Below are positions 16,343 through 24,895 of a DNA stretch of 64,000 bases, in pieces. The DNA is taken from assembly GCA_965220035.1 (NCBI GenBank), contig CBDCPC010000001.1, positions 1,539,719-1,603,718 of the forward strand. Reading direction: 5' to 3'. Numbering within the stretch: the stretch's first letter is position 1; each line of letters begins with the position of its first letter. The notes beneath the pieces are model-generated. The model searched no databases. It had not been told where the DNA came from and saw only the letters and a program-made list of their open reading frames with translations. This DNA is from Acidimicrobiales bacterium. GTDB taxonomy: Bacteria > Actinomycetota > Acidimicrobiia > Acidimicrobiales > CATQHL01. A program made the translations under genes and the position numbers.

Positions 16343-17902
16343 TCAGCAGCCGATGTCGGCGAGGTCGATCTTGCCGCCGATGCCCTGCTCGAGTCCGACC
16401 GGGTTGTCGCCCTTGGTCTCGTCGGGGATCTGGATGTCGCCGCTGCGGACCCTCGCCTCGAAGTCCTCGTAGATGGCCAGTTCGTCGGCGGTGAGGGCGG
16501 AGAGAGCGGGATCCCGCACCGGCGCCGCGGCGATGCCCGGCGTGTTATAGGCGGTGAAGTCGTTGAACTTCTCGACTTCACTTATGTACCCGCGGCCGAT
16601 CATCGCGTAGGACACGTCGGCGAGCCCATGGACCGAGGACGTCAGGATCACCTCGGGGGCAAGGTGGTGGCTGTCGTAGTAGGCCGGGATCACCCAGACC
16701 TGGCTGTCGGCCTCCTGCGCCGCGTCGATGATGCCGAGCACCGCCTGGTCGGTCGCGGACTGGATTACGTCCACGCCGCCGGCGATCAGTGCCTGCGCGG
16801 CCGTCTTGGCCAGACCGGTGTCGTCCCACGTCATGATGTATTCCTGGGTGAACTCGATGTCGGGGTTCACGCAGCGGGCGCCGAGGTGGAACGTCTCGGG
16901 CTGGCGGGTCAGCGCCGGGAACGGGAAGCCGCCCAGCGCGCCAACGTGGCCAGTCTCGGTGATGAGCGCCGCCAGCACGCCGGTGAAGAAGTTGGCGTGG
17001 TGCTGGGCCATGTCGATGAAGCAGAGGTTCTCCGGGCTGCCGTCCAGCAACTCCGGCGTGGGATCCACCGGCGCGACGCACACCTGGACATCGGGGTAGG
17101 CCTCGGCCACCTGCGCCGCCGGATCGGCCATGGCGCCGTGGGCCATGAGGACCAGGTCGAAGCCCTCGCTGGCGTAGCTCAGACCCTGCTGCAGGTAGTC
17201 GTCCACCTCGTAGGCGTACTCGGTCGGCTCGACGTGCACGTTGGGATAGTCCTCCATGGCCTTCAGGGCGCCGTCCCACCAGGCGTTCGCCCAACTCTCG
17301 TCGTTCGAGAAACCGGGGAAGAGGATGACGACCCGGTAGGGCTCGGCGTCCTCCGCCGGTGCGGGTGCGGGCTCGGGCGGCGGTGGCGGCGGCTCGGGCT
17401 CGGCGGCCACGGCCTCCGACAGCGCCTCCTGCGCGGCAGCGGCGTCGGCCGCGGCGGCCTCCGCGTCGGCGCGGGCGGCCGCTGCCTCGGCCTGCGCTGC
17501 GTCTAGGGCAGCCTGCGCCTCCTGCGCAGTGCTCTGCGCGTCGGCCACCGCTGCTTCGGCAGCAGCCAGGGCAGCCTCGGCGGCGGCCACGTCCGCTGCG
17601 TTACCTTCGGCGGTCGCTTGCGCCAGGTCGGCTGCCGCCTGAGCGGCCTCCGCGATCGCCTGAGCCTCAGCGGCCGCAGCGGCTGCTGCGTCCGCTGCCG
17701 CCCGCGACTCACCGGCCGCGGCACTGGCGGCGCTTGCTTCGGCGCTGGCAGCGCTCGCCTCAGAACTAGCCGCGGCTGCATCGGACCGCGCCTGTGCGTC
17801 CTCGGCCGGGCCGGTGTCACCGCACGCGGCCGCCAGCACCGCGACGGATACCAGCAGGGTAGTCAGGAGCCGGGGCACGGCTCGTCTGCGAATGGCTTTC
17901 AT
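16343..17902 (-). CDS. BMP-family (PnrA/Med-like) ABC substrate-binding lipoprotein with a ~170-aa Ala/Glu-rich linker and a Pro-rich linker
   Basis: ATG at 17902 follows the SD GAGGAGG. The signal peptide MKAIRRRAVPRLLTTLLVSVAVLAAC carries a lipobox. A long AAAEA/AQAA low-complexity region and EPEPPPPPPEPAPAP come next, followed by the BMP fold (..YRVVILFPGFSNDESWAN..). Confidence 0.85.
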   Translation of the reverse strand: MKAIRRRAVPRLLTTLLVSVAVLAAACGDTGPAEDAQARSDAAAASSEASAASAEASAASAAAGESRAAADAAAAAAAEAQAIAEAAQAAADLAQATAEGNAADVAAAEAALAAAEAAVADAQSTAQEAQAALDAAQAEAAAARADAEAAAADAAAAQEALSEAVAAEPEPPPPPPEPAPAPAEDAEPYRVVILFPGFSNDESWANAWWDGALKAMEDYPNVHVEPTEYAYEVDDYLQQGLSYASEGFDLVLMAHGAMADPAAQVAEAYPDVQVCVAPVDPTPELLDGSPENLCFIDMAQHHANFFTGVLAALITETGHVGALGGFPFPALTRQPETFHLGARCVNPDIEFTQEYIMTWDDTGLAKTAAQALIAGGVDVIQSATDQAVLGIIDAAQEADSQVWVIPAYYDSHHLAPEVILTSSVHGLADVSYAMIGRGYISEVEKFNDFTAYNTPGIAAAPVRDPALSALTADELAIYEDFEARVRSGDIQIPDETKGDNPVGLEQGIGGKIDLADIGC

Positions 17903-18037
17903 TGTTTCCTCCTCGTTTGGTCCGAGTGCGGTTCTGTTCCAGTGGCCGGTCTCGTTGGCTAAGCGGTCATGTCCCCGCCTCATCGTCGGCGACTAGATCG
18001 TAATTCCCCACGGCTGTGCCGCTGCAAGTCGTCGGGA

Positions 18038-18970
18038 TCATCGGCGCGCCCCGGCTGCGGGCTCTCGCCAGGGGATCCCCACAGCTGCTGGGTACCGCGA
18101 GCCGCGCGACACCGCCACAGCCGCCACGGTGACGAGGTAGGGGAGGGCGAGCCAGAATTGGTCCGGCACCGGATCGAAGAAGTCGACGAGTCCGGCGACG
18201 AACTGCAGCGCCTGGCTGAGGCCGAAGAGCCCGGCGATGGCCACAACGGCGAGCGGGTTCCAGCGTGCCACGACGACGACCCCCAGCGCGATGAAGCCGC
18301 GGCCCGAAGTGAAGCCGGGGATGAAGCGACCCGACGTGCCCATGACCAGCGCGGCGCCACCAAGGCCCGCCAGGGCGTTACCGGCGATCACCGCGCCGTA
18401 GCGCAGTCGCCACACGTCCAGACCGGCGGACGAGGAGGCGTGGGGACGCTCGCCCGCGGCCCGTACGTACAGCCCCCACCAGGTCCGCCGTAGGAGGTAG
18501 AAGATGACCACCGCCAGCAGGATCGAGATCCAGAAGAGGAAGTTCTGCTCGTTGATGACGTCGCGCAGCTTGGGAATCCGCCCGATCAGCGGGACGGTCC
18601 AGGGGGAGAGGGTGGGAGAGATGTTCCCGATGATCACCTGCGAGACCAGGATGCCCGTGAGGCCCAGGGCAAAGATGTTGAAGAGCAACCCGGTCACGAT
18701 CTGATCGGTGCCGCGGCGCACGTAGAGAGCCGAGAGGAAGACTCCCGCCCCGGCGCCGGTCGCTGTGCCGGCCAGCACGGCCAGCGGCACATTGCCGGTC
18801 CTGACGCCCACGAGCGCGCAGATGGCGGCGCCGAACAGCATGGTTCCCTCGATGCCCACATTCAGGACGCCGGCCTGCTCGCTGATGGCTTCGCCGAGCG
18901 CCGCCAGCAGCACGGGAACCATCAGCCCAAGCCCTGAGGCGAACAGCGTGACGATGACTACCTCTGTCAT
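18038..18970 (-). CDS. ABC transporter permease (BMP-family system)
   Basis: A 310-aa polytopic ORF containing ..EAISEQAGVLNVGIEGTMLFGA.., typical of this permease family. Confidence 0.88.
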   Translation of the reverse strand: MTEVVIVTLFASGLGLMVPVLLAALGEAISEQAGVLNVGIEGTMLFGAAICALVGVRTGNVPLAVLAGTATGAGAGVFLSALYVRRGTDQIVTGLLFNIFALGLTGILVSQVIIGNISPTLSPWTVPLIGRIPKLRDVINEQNFLFWISILLAVVIFYLLRRTWWGLYVRAAGERPHASSSAGLDVWRLRYGAVIAGNALAGLGGAALVMGTSGRFIPGFTSGRGFIALGVVVVARWNPLAVVAIAGLFGLSQALQFVAGLVDFFDPVPDQFWLALPYLVTVAAVAVSRGSRYPAAVGIPWREPAAGARR

Positions 18971-18977
18971 GGCGTCC

Positions 18978-19949
18978 CTAGTTCTGCGCGTAGCGGAACT
19001 TGATGGCCCCGGTGACCATCAGGGTGATGACGAACGTGGCGATGAGCACCTCGCCGAAGGACGCGGAGATGCCCGCGGCGGCTTGGAGGCTGTTGCTGCC
19101 CACGCGAAGCGTCGAGAAGATGAACGCCGCCGGCAGCACGGCCATGGGGTTCAGCCGAGCGAGTAGTGCGACGGCGATGCCGACGTAGCCGTAGTTGGAG
19201 ATCCACAGGTCCAGGGCCAGGTCGTGGTGGATGCCCCCCACTGTGACAGCGCCGGCCAGACCGCCCGCCGCGCCGGCGGCCGCGAACGACGACACGGTGA
19301 CCAGACGGGTGCGGACCCCCGCCAGGCGGGCCGCCCGCGCGTTGGCGCCGATGGAGCGGATGGAGAAGCCGAGGGAGGTGCGGGTGATCAGGATCCATGC
19401 GGCCACCGCGGCGGCGAGGGCGATGAAGACGCTGACGTCGACCTTGGCCGAAGCCCAGAAGTCCGGGAAGCGGGCGGTGTCGTGGATCTCCTGGCTCTGG
19501 AGCTGCGCGTAGATCTCCGGCCACGCCACGGTGACGACGTAGTTCGCCGCGAAGAATGCCAGGAAGTTCAACATCAGCGAGGTGACGATCTCGTTGATCC
19601 CGAAGTAGGCCTTCAGCACGCCCGGGACGGACCCCCAGACCGCGCCTCCGGCCGCTGCGCCGGCGATGAGGATGAGCACGAACAGTCCGTGCGAGGTGCC
19701 CTCGGGGAGCATGATCCCGAGCGTGACCGCCACGACCGCGCCGGCGAACATCTGGCCCTCGCCGCCGATGTTCCACAGCCGCGCCGTGAAAGGGATGGCC
19801 GCGGCCAGCCCGGTCAGTGTCAGGATGGCGGCGGTCATGATCGTCTGGCCCAGGAAGATCTCCTCGGCCAACGAGTTGTTGATGATGGTCTTGGCGACGA
19901 TCCAGGGGTTGCCGCCGAAGGCGACGACGATGACCGCCATGACGGCCAT
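18978..19949 (-). CDS. ABC transporter permease (BMP-family system); the true start is probably upstream, with a CTG candidate at 20099
   Basis: The 323 aa from the first ATG contain ..RLWNIGGEGQMFAGA... The same frame stays open up to the TAG at 20111..20109. That stretch encodes the missing half of the first TM helix (..DILGSILLTMAVMAVIVVAF) and contains no ATG, GTG or TTG. A CTG at 20099..20097 sits 4 nt after GGAGGA. Confidence 0.8.
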   Translation of the reverse strand: MAVMAVIVVAFGGNPWIVAKTIINNSLAEEIFLGQTIMTAAILTLTGLAAAIPFTARLWNIGGEGQMFAGAVVAVTLGIMLPEGTSHGLFVLILIAGAAAGGAVWGSVPGVLKAYFGINEIVTSLMLNFLAFFAANYVVTVAWPEIYAQLQSQEIHDTARFPDFWASAKVDVSVFIALAAAVAAWILITRTSLGFSIRSIGANARAARLAGVRTRLVTVSSFAAAGAAGGLAGAVTVGGIHHDLALDLWISNYGYVGIAVALLARLNPMAVLPAAFIFSTLRVGSNSLQAAAGISASFGEVLIATFVITLMVTGAIKFRYAQN

Positions 19950-20120
19950 GGTCAGCAGGATCGAGCCGAGGATGTCGCCGTGGCGGATGGCGGCGAGAAC
20001 ATTCAGGCGCGCGAGACCCCCGGGGGCTCCCCGCTCTGCGGTGGCTTCGCCATTCAGCTTCGTATCGGCGGCACCACGGCCGCCGTTCCCCTCGCTCAGC
20101 GTTCCTCCCTAGACGCTCGG

Positions 20121-20134
20121 AACCGGTACCGGTT
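20121..20134. promoter_or_regulatory. Perfect 14-bp palindrome AACCGGTACCGGTT in the divergent control region; candidate operator
   Basis: Read directly from the sequence. It lies between the permease string (minus strand) and the XRE-cupin regulator gene (plus strand, 20321). An AT-richer stretch (GTTTTCAATCG...ATATCGAAAAC) bracketed by GCAGCGCG/CGCGCTGC follows at about 20175-20245. Confidence 0.4.
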
Positions 20135-20320
20135 GACTGCGCCGACCGGCCGGTTCCCGGGACGCGACGATAGCCCTTTTTCCGCAGCGCGTTTTCAATC
20201 GGGTGCGTTCGTGTTTCAGCAATATCGAAAACTCCGCGCGCTGCACACATCCATCGCCCGTCCAAGCCTCCGTGGCCCGTCCAGCGGGCGCCGCGGTCAC
20301 AGCGCGGTACCATCGCGAGC

Positions 20321-21004
20321 GTGGCTGCCTCTCCGGTGGATCAACCGATCCCCGCCGTCACGGACGGGTCGGATACGGGTGCATCGCCGCGGCGCGCCGT
20401 TGTGTCGACCGAAGAGCACCTTGCGGAGTTGGGAGGGCGCATCCGTTCCATGCGGGCGGAGCAGGGGCTCACGCTGCAGGTCGTGGCCGAGCGCACGGGT
20501 CTGAGTTCCTCCATGGTCTCGATGGTGGAGCGAGGGCGGACGTCGCCGTCGATCGGCACGCTGATCGCGATCGCCTCGGCGCTGGGTGTGCACATGGCCG
20601 AGTTGTTCGAGTTGGACGTGGACGGCCCGCGGGACGTCGTCCAGCGCGCCGATGATCATCAGGTCGTCGAGACCGCGAACGGGGTGCTGCGGCGGCTCGT
20701 GCAGGTGGATCCCCGCCGCGGGCTCGAACTCGTGGTGAACGAGTACGCGCCGGGAACCGCGAGTGCCGTGCAGGTCACCCATCACGGTGGCTACGAGTAT
20801 GGGTATGTGCTGGAGGGTGTGCTGACCGTCGAACTGCAGAACACGGCGCACGAACTGGAGCCGGGCGACTCTATCGCTTTCGAGTCCGCCCGACCCCACC
20901 GCATCGTGAACGAGGGCTCGGGCCGTGCCCGCGCCGTGTGGGTCAACCTGTCACCGCGGGGCCAGCAGCCGGATGTCGGAGGAGACGGCAACCGGAGCGA
21001 TTGA
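20321..21004 (+). CDS. XRE-family HTH transcriptional regulator with a C-terminal cupin sensor domain
   Basis: A 227-aa ORF with the HTH ..LRSMRAEQGLTLQVVAERTGLSSSMVSMVERG.. and a cupin barrel ..HHGGYEYGYVLEGVLTVEL....LEPGDSIAFESARPHR... It is divergent from the transporter/catabolic string. Confidence 0.88.
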   Translation: MAASPVDQPIPAVTDGSDTGASPRRAVVSTEEHLAELGGRIRSMRAEQGLTLQVVAERTGLSSSMVSMVERGRTSPSIGTLIAIASALGVHMAELFELDVDGPRDVVQRADDHQVVETANGVLRRLVQVDPRRGLELVVNEYAPGTASAVQVTHHGGYEYGYVLEGVLTVELQNTAHELEPGDSIAFESARPHRIVNEGSGRARAVWVNLSPRGQQPDVGGDGNRSD

Positions 21005-21095
21005 GGCGTGCGGGGTGGAGGTTCCTGCCGGCCGCCAACCACCGGAGAGACCGGCACCGAACCGGCACGAGACCGAGGAGAACCGGGAGGACGCC

Positions 21096-21848
21096 ATGAG
21101 CGCCACGCTTGCAGGAAGGACGGCCCTGGTGACCGGGGGCAATCGCGGCCTCGGCCGGGCGATGGCGCTGGCTCTCGCAGAGGCGGGAGCCGACACCGCC
21201 ATCTGGGGTCGCGACACCGGAGCCCTCGAGCGCACCGCTGACGAGGTGCGCGCCACTGGGCGGAAATGTCTCACCCAGGTGGTCGAGATCACCGACTCGG
21301 CGCAGGTCAGCAGTGCTGTGGCCGAGGCGTGGGAGCGAACGGACGGCGTGGACGTGGCGTTCCACTCCGCGGGTGTCCTGCTCCTCCAACCGGCGGTGGA
21401 CACCGGCGACGCGGACTGGGAGGCGGTGATGGCGGCCAACCTCACCGGCGCCTTCTACTGCTGCCGTGCCTTCGGGGAACGGATGCTGGCGCAGGGCCAC
21501 GGCAAGATCATCAACATCGCCTCCAACTTCGGCCTGCACGGCGGCGCCAACTGGTCGGCCTACTCGGCCAGCAAGGCCGGTGTCGTGGCGCTGTCCAAGA
21601 GCCTGGCCTGGGAGTGGGCGCCGACGGTGACCGTCAACGTGATCGCCCCGGGTGCGTTCTACACCGACATGAACAGTCACCTGCTGGATGTGCCCGAGAT
21701 CATGGCGGCGGTCGAGGGGAACACGCCTTTGGGGCGGGTCGGCGATCCGCCCGAACTGGGCCCTCTGGCCGTGATGCTGGCCGGGCCGGGATCGGATTTC
21801 ATGACCGGCGCCGTGATCAGCATCGACGGCGGCGTGATCAAGCCCTGA
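21096..21848 (+). CDS. Short-chain dehydrogenase/reductase (SDR)
   Basis: ATG at 21096 follows GGGAGG. It has VTGGNRGLGRA (cofactor-binding motif) and YSASKAG (catalytic YxxxK). The track start at 20925 overlaps the regulator gene. Confidence 0.88.
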   Translation: MSATLAGRTALVTGGNRGLGRAMALALAEAGADTAIWGRDTGALERTADEVRATGRKCLTQVVEITDSAQVSSAVAEAWERTDGVDVAFHSAGVLLLQPAVDTGDADWEAVMAANLTGAFYCCRAFGERMLAQGHGKIINIASNFGLHGGANWSAYSASKAGVVALSKSLAWEWAPTVTVNVIAPGAFYTDMNSHLLDVPEIMAAVEGNTPLGRVGDPPELGPLAVMLAGPGSDFMTGAVISIDGGVIKP

Positions 21849-22235
21849 GCCTGGATCCACCGATGGGGGTTGGGTTCGAGGGCGGGGGGTCCACCGAGTG
21901 ACTCTCTGACCTGGGCAAATAGCTGTAAACACAAGCGACTGCCGGTACAGATCGGGAGGCGCTTCCTGTGAGTGCCCCATCCCGCCGGATTGACCGGTTC
22001 GGGGTGGTCCTCGTCACCTCCGGAACTTGGGGCGAGAAACTTGGGCTATACGACGAAAAAGATGCCCAAGATGATCTGCGATCGGTGGATTCAGGCTGAG
22101 AGCCGCCGGGCTCGACAAGACGGCCCCGATCTCGGGGGGCGAACTGCGGCTGCCGGCGGCGTGAGCCGCTCGACTACAGTACTGTTCAACCGATTACACA
22201 ATTCTTGAAGTTCGCTGGACGCTGGAAGGCTGCAG

Positions 22236-22616
22236 ATGAGCGAGAACCGGGTGCAGGTCGTGCGGGGCAGCGGGAACAGCGTCTCGCTTCCGTTGGTCGC
22301 GTCCGGTGGCGAAGCGGTGGCGGTGGTGTGGCCGGGCGTGGGGTCGCAGCATCGCTCGCTGCACCGCGTGCTGCTGCATCCCGCCGGGTACACGGTCGAT
22401 CTGCGGCACCCCTCGGAGTCGGTGTACTACGTCCGTTCGGGGAGCGCCACGGTCGTCGACGCCGACAGTGGCGAGCAGCAATCGCTCGTGGAGGGGTCGA
22501 TGGTGCATGTCGATCCGTCCACAGCGCACCGATTCGAGGCGGGCGCCTCGGGGGCTGAGATCGTCGGTGGCCCGTGCCCGCCCGATCCCTCCATCTACGA
22601 GACACGGGAGGCCTGA
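22236..22616 (+). CDS. Small single-domain cupin protein
   Basis: A 126-aa ORF with a beta-barrel pattern (..ESVYYVRSGSATVVD......EGSMVHVDPSTAHRF..) and a C-terminal GGPCPPD. Confidence 0.75.
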   Translation: MSENRVQVVRGSGNSVSLPLVASGGEAVAVVWPGVGSQHRSLHRVLLHPAGYTVDLRHPSESVYYVRSGSATVVDADSGEQQSLVEGSMVHVDPSTAHRFEAGASGAEIVGGPCPPDPSIYETREA

Positions 22617-22618
22617 CG

Positions 22619-22993
22619 ATGGCAGTGCGTGTATTCCACCGCGACGAACCCGATCTGATGATGCCGATCATCTCCTCCGACGCCCGGCTGATCGTTTGGC
22701 CCGGCGTCGGCGCGGAGGTGGCCAACATGAACTATGTCGTGCTCGAGCCGGGCGAGCAGAACGTTCCGCACATTCACTCGGAGTCCGAGGACACGATCTT
22801 CATCATCGAGGGCAAGGGTTCGGTCCAGGACCTCACCAACGGCACGCGCCTCGAGTTCGAGGCCGGGGACGCCGTGCACGTGCCCGCCGGCGTGGAGCAC
22901 GCGGTCTGTGCGGACCGCGACAGCCGCATCGTCAGTGTGGGTGGCCCGTGCCCGCCGGACCGGCACCTGCTGCGGCTCCTCGGCGTGGAGTGA
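22619..22993 (+). CDS. Small single-domain cupin protein with metal-binding His residues; paralog of the preceding gene
   Basis: ATG at 22619 follows GGGAGG. It has ..PHIHSESEDTIFIIEGKGSV......EAGDAVHVPAGVEHAV.. and the same C-terminal GGPCPPD tail. Confidence 0.8.
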   Translation: MAVRVFHRDEPDLMMPIISSDARLIVWPGVGAEVANMNYVVLEPGEQNVPHIHSESEDTIFIIEGKGSVQDLTNGTRLEFEAGDAVHVPAGVEHAVCADRDSRIVSVGGPCPPDRHLLRLLGVE

Positions 22994-23018
22994 GCCGGCA
23001 CCGTCTCCGACCGGCACC

Positions 23019-23882
23019 GTGAACGCCGTCGGGGTGGGTCTGGCGCAGATCGGCGCTCCGCCCGGATACCCCATAGCCAATCGCCTGCGTAGCGTCGAGG
23101 CGGCAGCGACACTCTTCGACCGCGGGGCCGACATCGTTGTGCTGCCGGAGTTGTGCGTGCCGTGGTACACGGCGGACCGCGCCCGGCTGGAGTCGGAGGC
23201 CGAGCCGCTCGACGGTCCGACCGTCGAGGCGTGGCGCGCTGTTGCCGCCGCCCACGACGGCGTCGTCGTCGGGGGATTCTGTGAGCGGGACGGCGCCGCC
23301 GGGGACGGGGCGTTGTACAACAGCGCGGTGGCCGTGAGTGGGGAGGGCGTCGTCGGCCACTACCGGAAACTGCACCTGTTCGACACCGAGAAGCTCTGCT
23401 TCGCGCCCGGCGATCTCGGCCTGACGACGTTCGAGACGGCGTTCGGGCGGCTCGGGATGTGCGTCTGCTACGACCTGCGGTTTGTGGAGGTCGTGCGGGT
23501 TCTGGCGCTGTCGGGGGCCGACCTGATCTGCGTGCCGACGGCGTGGATCCGAGGATTCGACCGCCGTGACGCCGATCTCGACGGGCTGATTCCGCATGCG
23601 CAGGGCGCCCTGGCGCAGGCGAACCTCTCGCAGGTGTTCATCGCCTGCGCCTCGCAGGCCGGCGTCTGTGGGGACCTGCACTTCCTGGGGTCGTCGATTC
23701 TTGCCGGCCCGTATGGGCAGGTGGTGGCCGGCCCGCTCGCACGCGATCGCGACGAGCTACAGCTGGCTCGCGTGGACTTCGCCGATGCTGCGCGGGCGCA
23801 GGTTCGAAGCGAGTTGATCAGGCCGCGCGCCGACCGGCGGACCGACGTCTACGGTGTGACTCTCGGCCCGCAGCAGTTGTAG
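23019..23882 (+). CDS. Carbon-nitrogen hydrolase (nitrilase/amidase superfamily)
   Basis: GTG at 23019. The Glu-Lys-Cys triad context is present: VVLPEL, HYRKLHLFD and MCVCYDLRF. The N-terminal part of track ORF 22734..23882 is out-of-frame overlap with the cupin gene. Confidence 0.85.
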   Translation: MNAVGVGLAQIGAPPGYPIANRLRSVEAAATLFDRGADIVVLPELCVPWYTADRARLESEAEPLDGPTVEAWRAVAAAHDGVVVGGFCERDGAAGDGALYNSAVAVSGEGVVGHYRKLHLFDTEKLCFAPGDLGLTTFETAFGRLGMCVCYDLRFVEVVRVLALSGADLICVPTAWIRGFDRRDADLDGLIPHAQGALAQANLSQVFIACASQAGVCGDLHFLGSSILAGPYGQVVAGPLARDRDELQLARVDFADAARAQVRSELIRPRADRRTDVYGVTLGPQQL

Positions 23883-23958
23883 ACGTCAGGGGAGTTGTGC
23901 CGATGGCGACCGTGTTGAAGCTCGATGTCCGGGGTCGTTGCACCCCGGTGCGACTGCG

Positions 23959-24876
23959 ATGAAGCCGGCCCGTTTCGCGTACACGGCGCCCGACACCCTC
24001 GAGGGTGTGCTGGATGCCCTCGATCGCTTCGGCGACGAGGCCAAGGTTCTTTCCGGGGGGCAGAGCCTGGTGCCGATGATGAACTTCCGCCTGGCCCGCC
24101 CCGAGGTGATCGTGGACATCGGGCGGGTGGCGGGACTCGACCAGGTCACCGTTGCGAATGGCACGCTGGCCGTGGGGGCGCGGGTGCGTCACATCCAGCT
24201 GGAGGCTCCGACGGTCGCCACACCGTCGGGCGACTCTGCGCCCCTCGGCGGTGTGCTCGGGTCGCTGCTGGCGGGTGTGACACACCACGTCGGACACCTG
24301 CCGATCAGGGTGCGGGGCACGTTCGGGGGCTCGATCGCCCACGCCGACCCGGCGGCCGAATGGTGCATCGTTGCCCTCACGCTCGACGCCGAGATGGTGG
24401 CGCGGCGCCGAGATGGGGAGCGCACGATCCCCGCGGCCGACTTCTTCGAGACGGTGTTCACCACCGCATTGGCGCCCGAGGAATTGCTCGTGGCCGTGCA
24501 CCTTCCGATTCTTGGGGCCGACTGGCGCACCGGCTTCTGCGAGTTCAGCCGGCGCGTCGGAGACTTCGCTGTGGTGGCTGCCATGACGGCACTGCGTCTG
24601 GATCCTGCGACAGGAGCGATCGCCGAAGCCCGCATCGGTGTGGGGGGAGTGGCCGGCGTGCCGGTGCGCCTGCCTGGGGCCGAGGCGACGCTGGTGGGTG
24701 AGGCGCCGGGGGCAGAGCTCTTCGCCGCCTCCGCCGCCGCTGCGGCGAGTGAGGTGGATCCGGTCGGTGACCTTCATGGTTCCGCCGCCTACCGGCGCGA
24801 CCTGGTGCGGGCAATGGTGTCGCGGTCGCTGGTGCAGGGCACCTCGACGGCGCGCGCCGAGGCGCACCGGTCGTAG
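23959..24876 (+). CDS. Molybdenum hydroxylase FAD-binding medium subunit (CoxM/XdhB-like)
   Basis: MKPARFAYTAPDTLEGVLDAL....KVLSGGQSLVPMMNFRLA.. is the canonical FAD-binding PCMH-type subunit start. Confidence 0.88.
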   Translation: MKPARFAYTAPDTLEGVLDALDRFGDEAKVLSGGQSLVPMMNFRLARPEVIVDIGRVAGLDQVTVANGTLAVGARVRHIQLEAPTVATPSGDSAPLGGVLGSLLAGVTHHVGHLPIRVRGTFGGSIAHADPAAEWCIVALTLDAEMVARRRDGERTIPAADFFETVFTTALAPEELLVAVHLPILGADWRTGFCEFSRRVGDFAVVAAMTALRLDPATGAIAEARIGVGGVAGVPVRLPGAEATLVGEAPGAELFAASAAAAASEVDPVGDLHGSAAYRRDLVRAMVSRSLVQGTSTARAEAHRS

Positions 24877-24895
24877 CCGTGGCGGGAGCCGTCGC

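Noticed and set aside
17330-17830. GC-rich, GCN-periodic DNA with several overlapping track ORFs (17359..17769, 17503..17820, 17618..17962) looked like a DNA tandem repeat or a separate gene.
   Set aside because: It is the Ala/Glu-rich linker-coding part of the BMP lipoprotein gene, in frame from signal peptide to binding domain. The other ORFs are shadows of this low-complexity coding region.
22096-22102. A CTGAGAG motif and surrounding GC-rich stems in the 387-bp gap 21849..22235 raised the possibility of a TPP-type riboswitch or sRNA.
   Set aside because: The other conserved TPP elements (an ACCTGATC-type pyrimidine-sensor helix and a GGGGTGC start) are absent, and the downstream genes (cupins) have no thiamine link. 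I could not fit any riboswitch consensus. The gap remains unexplained.
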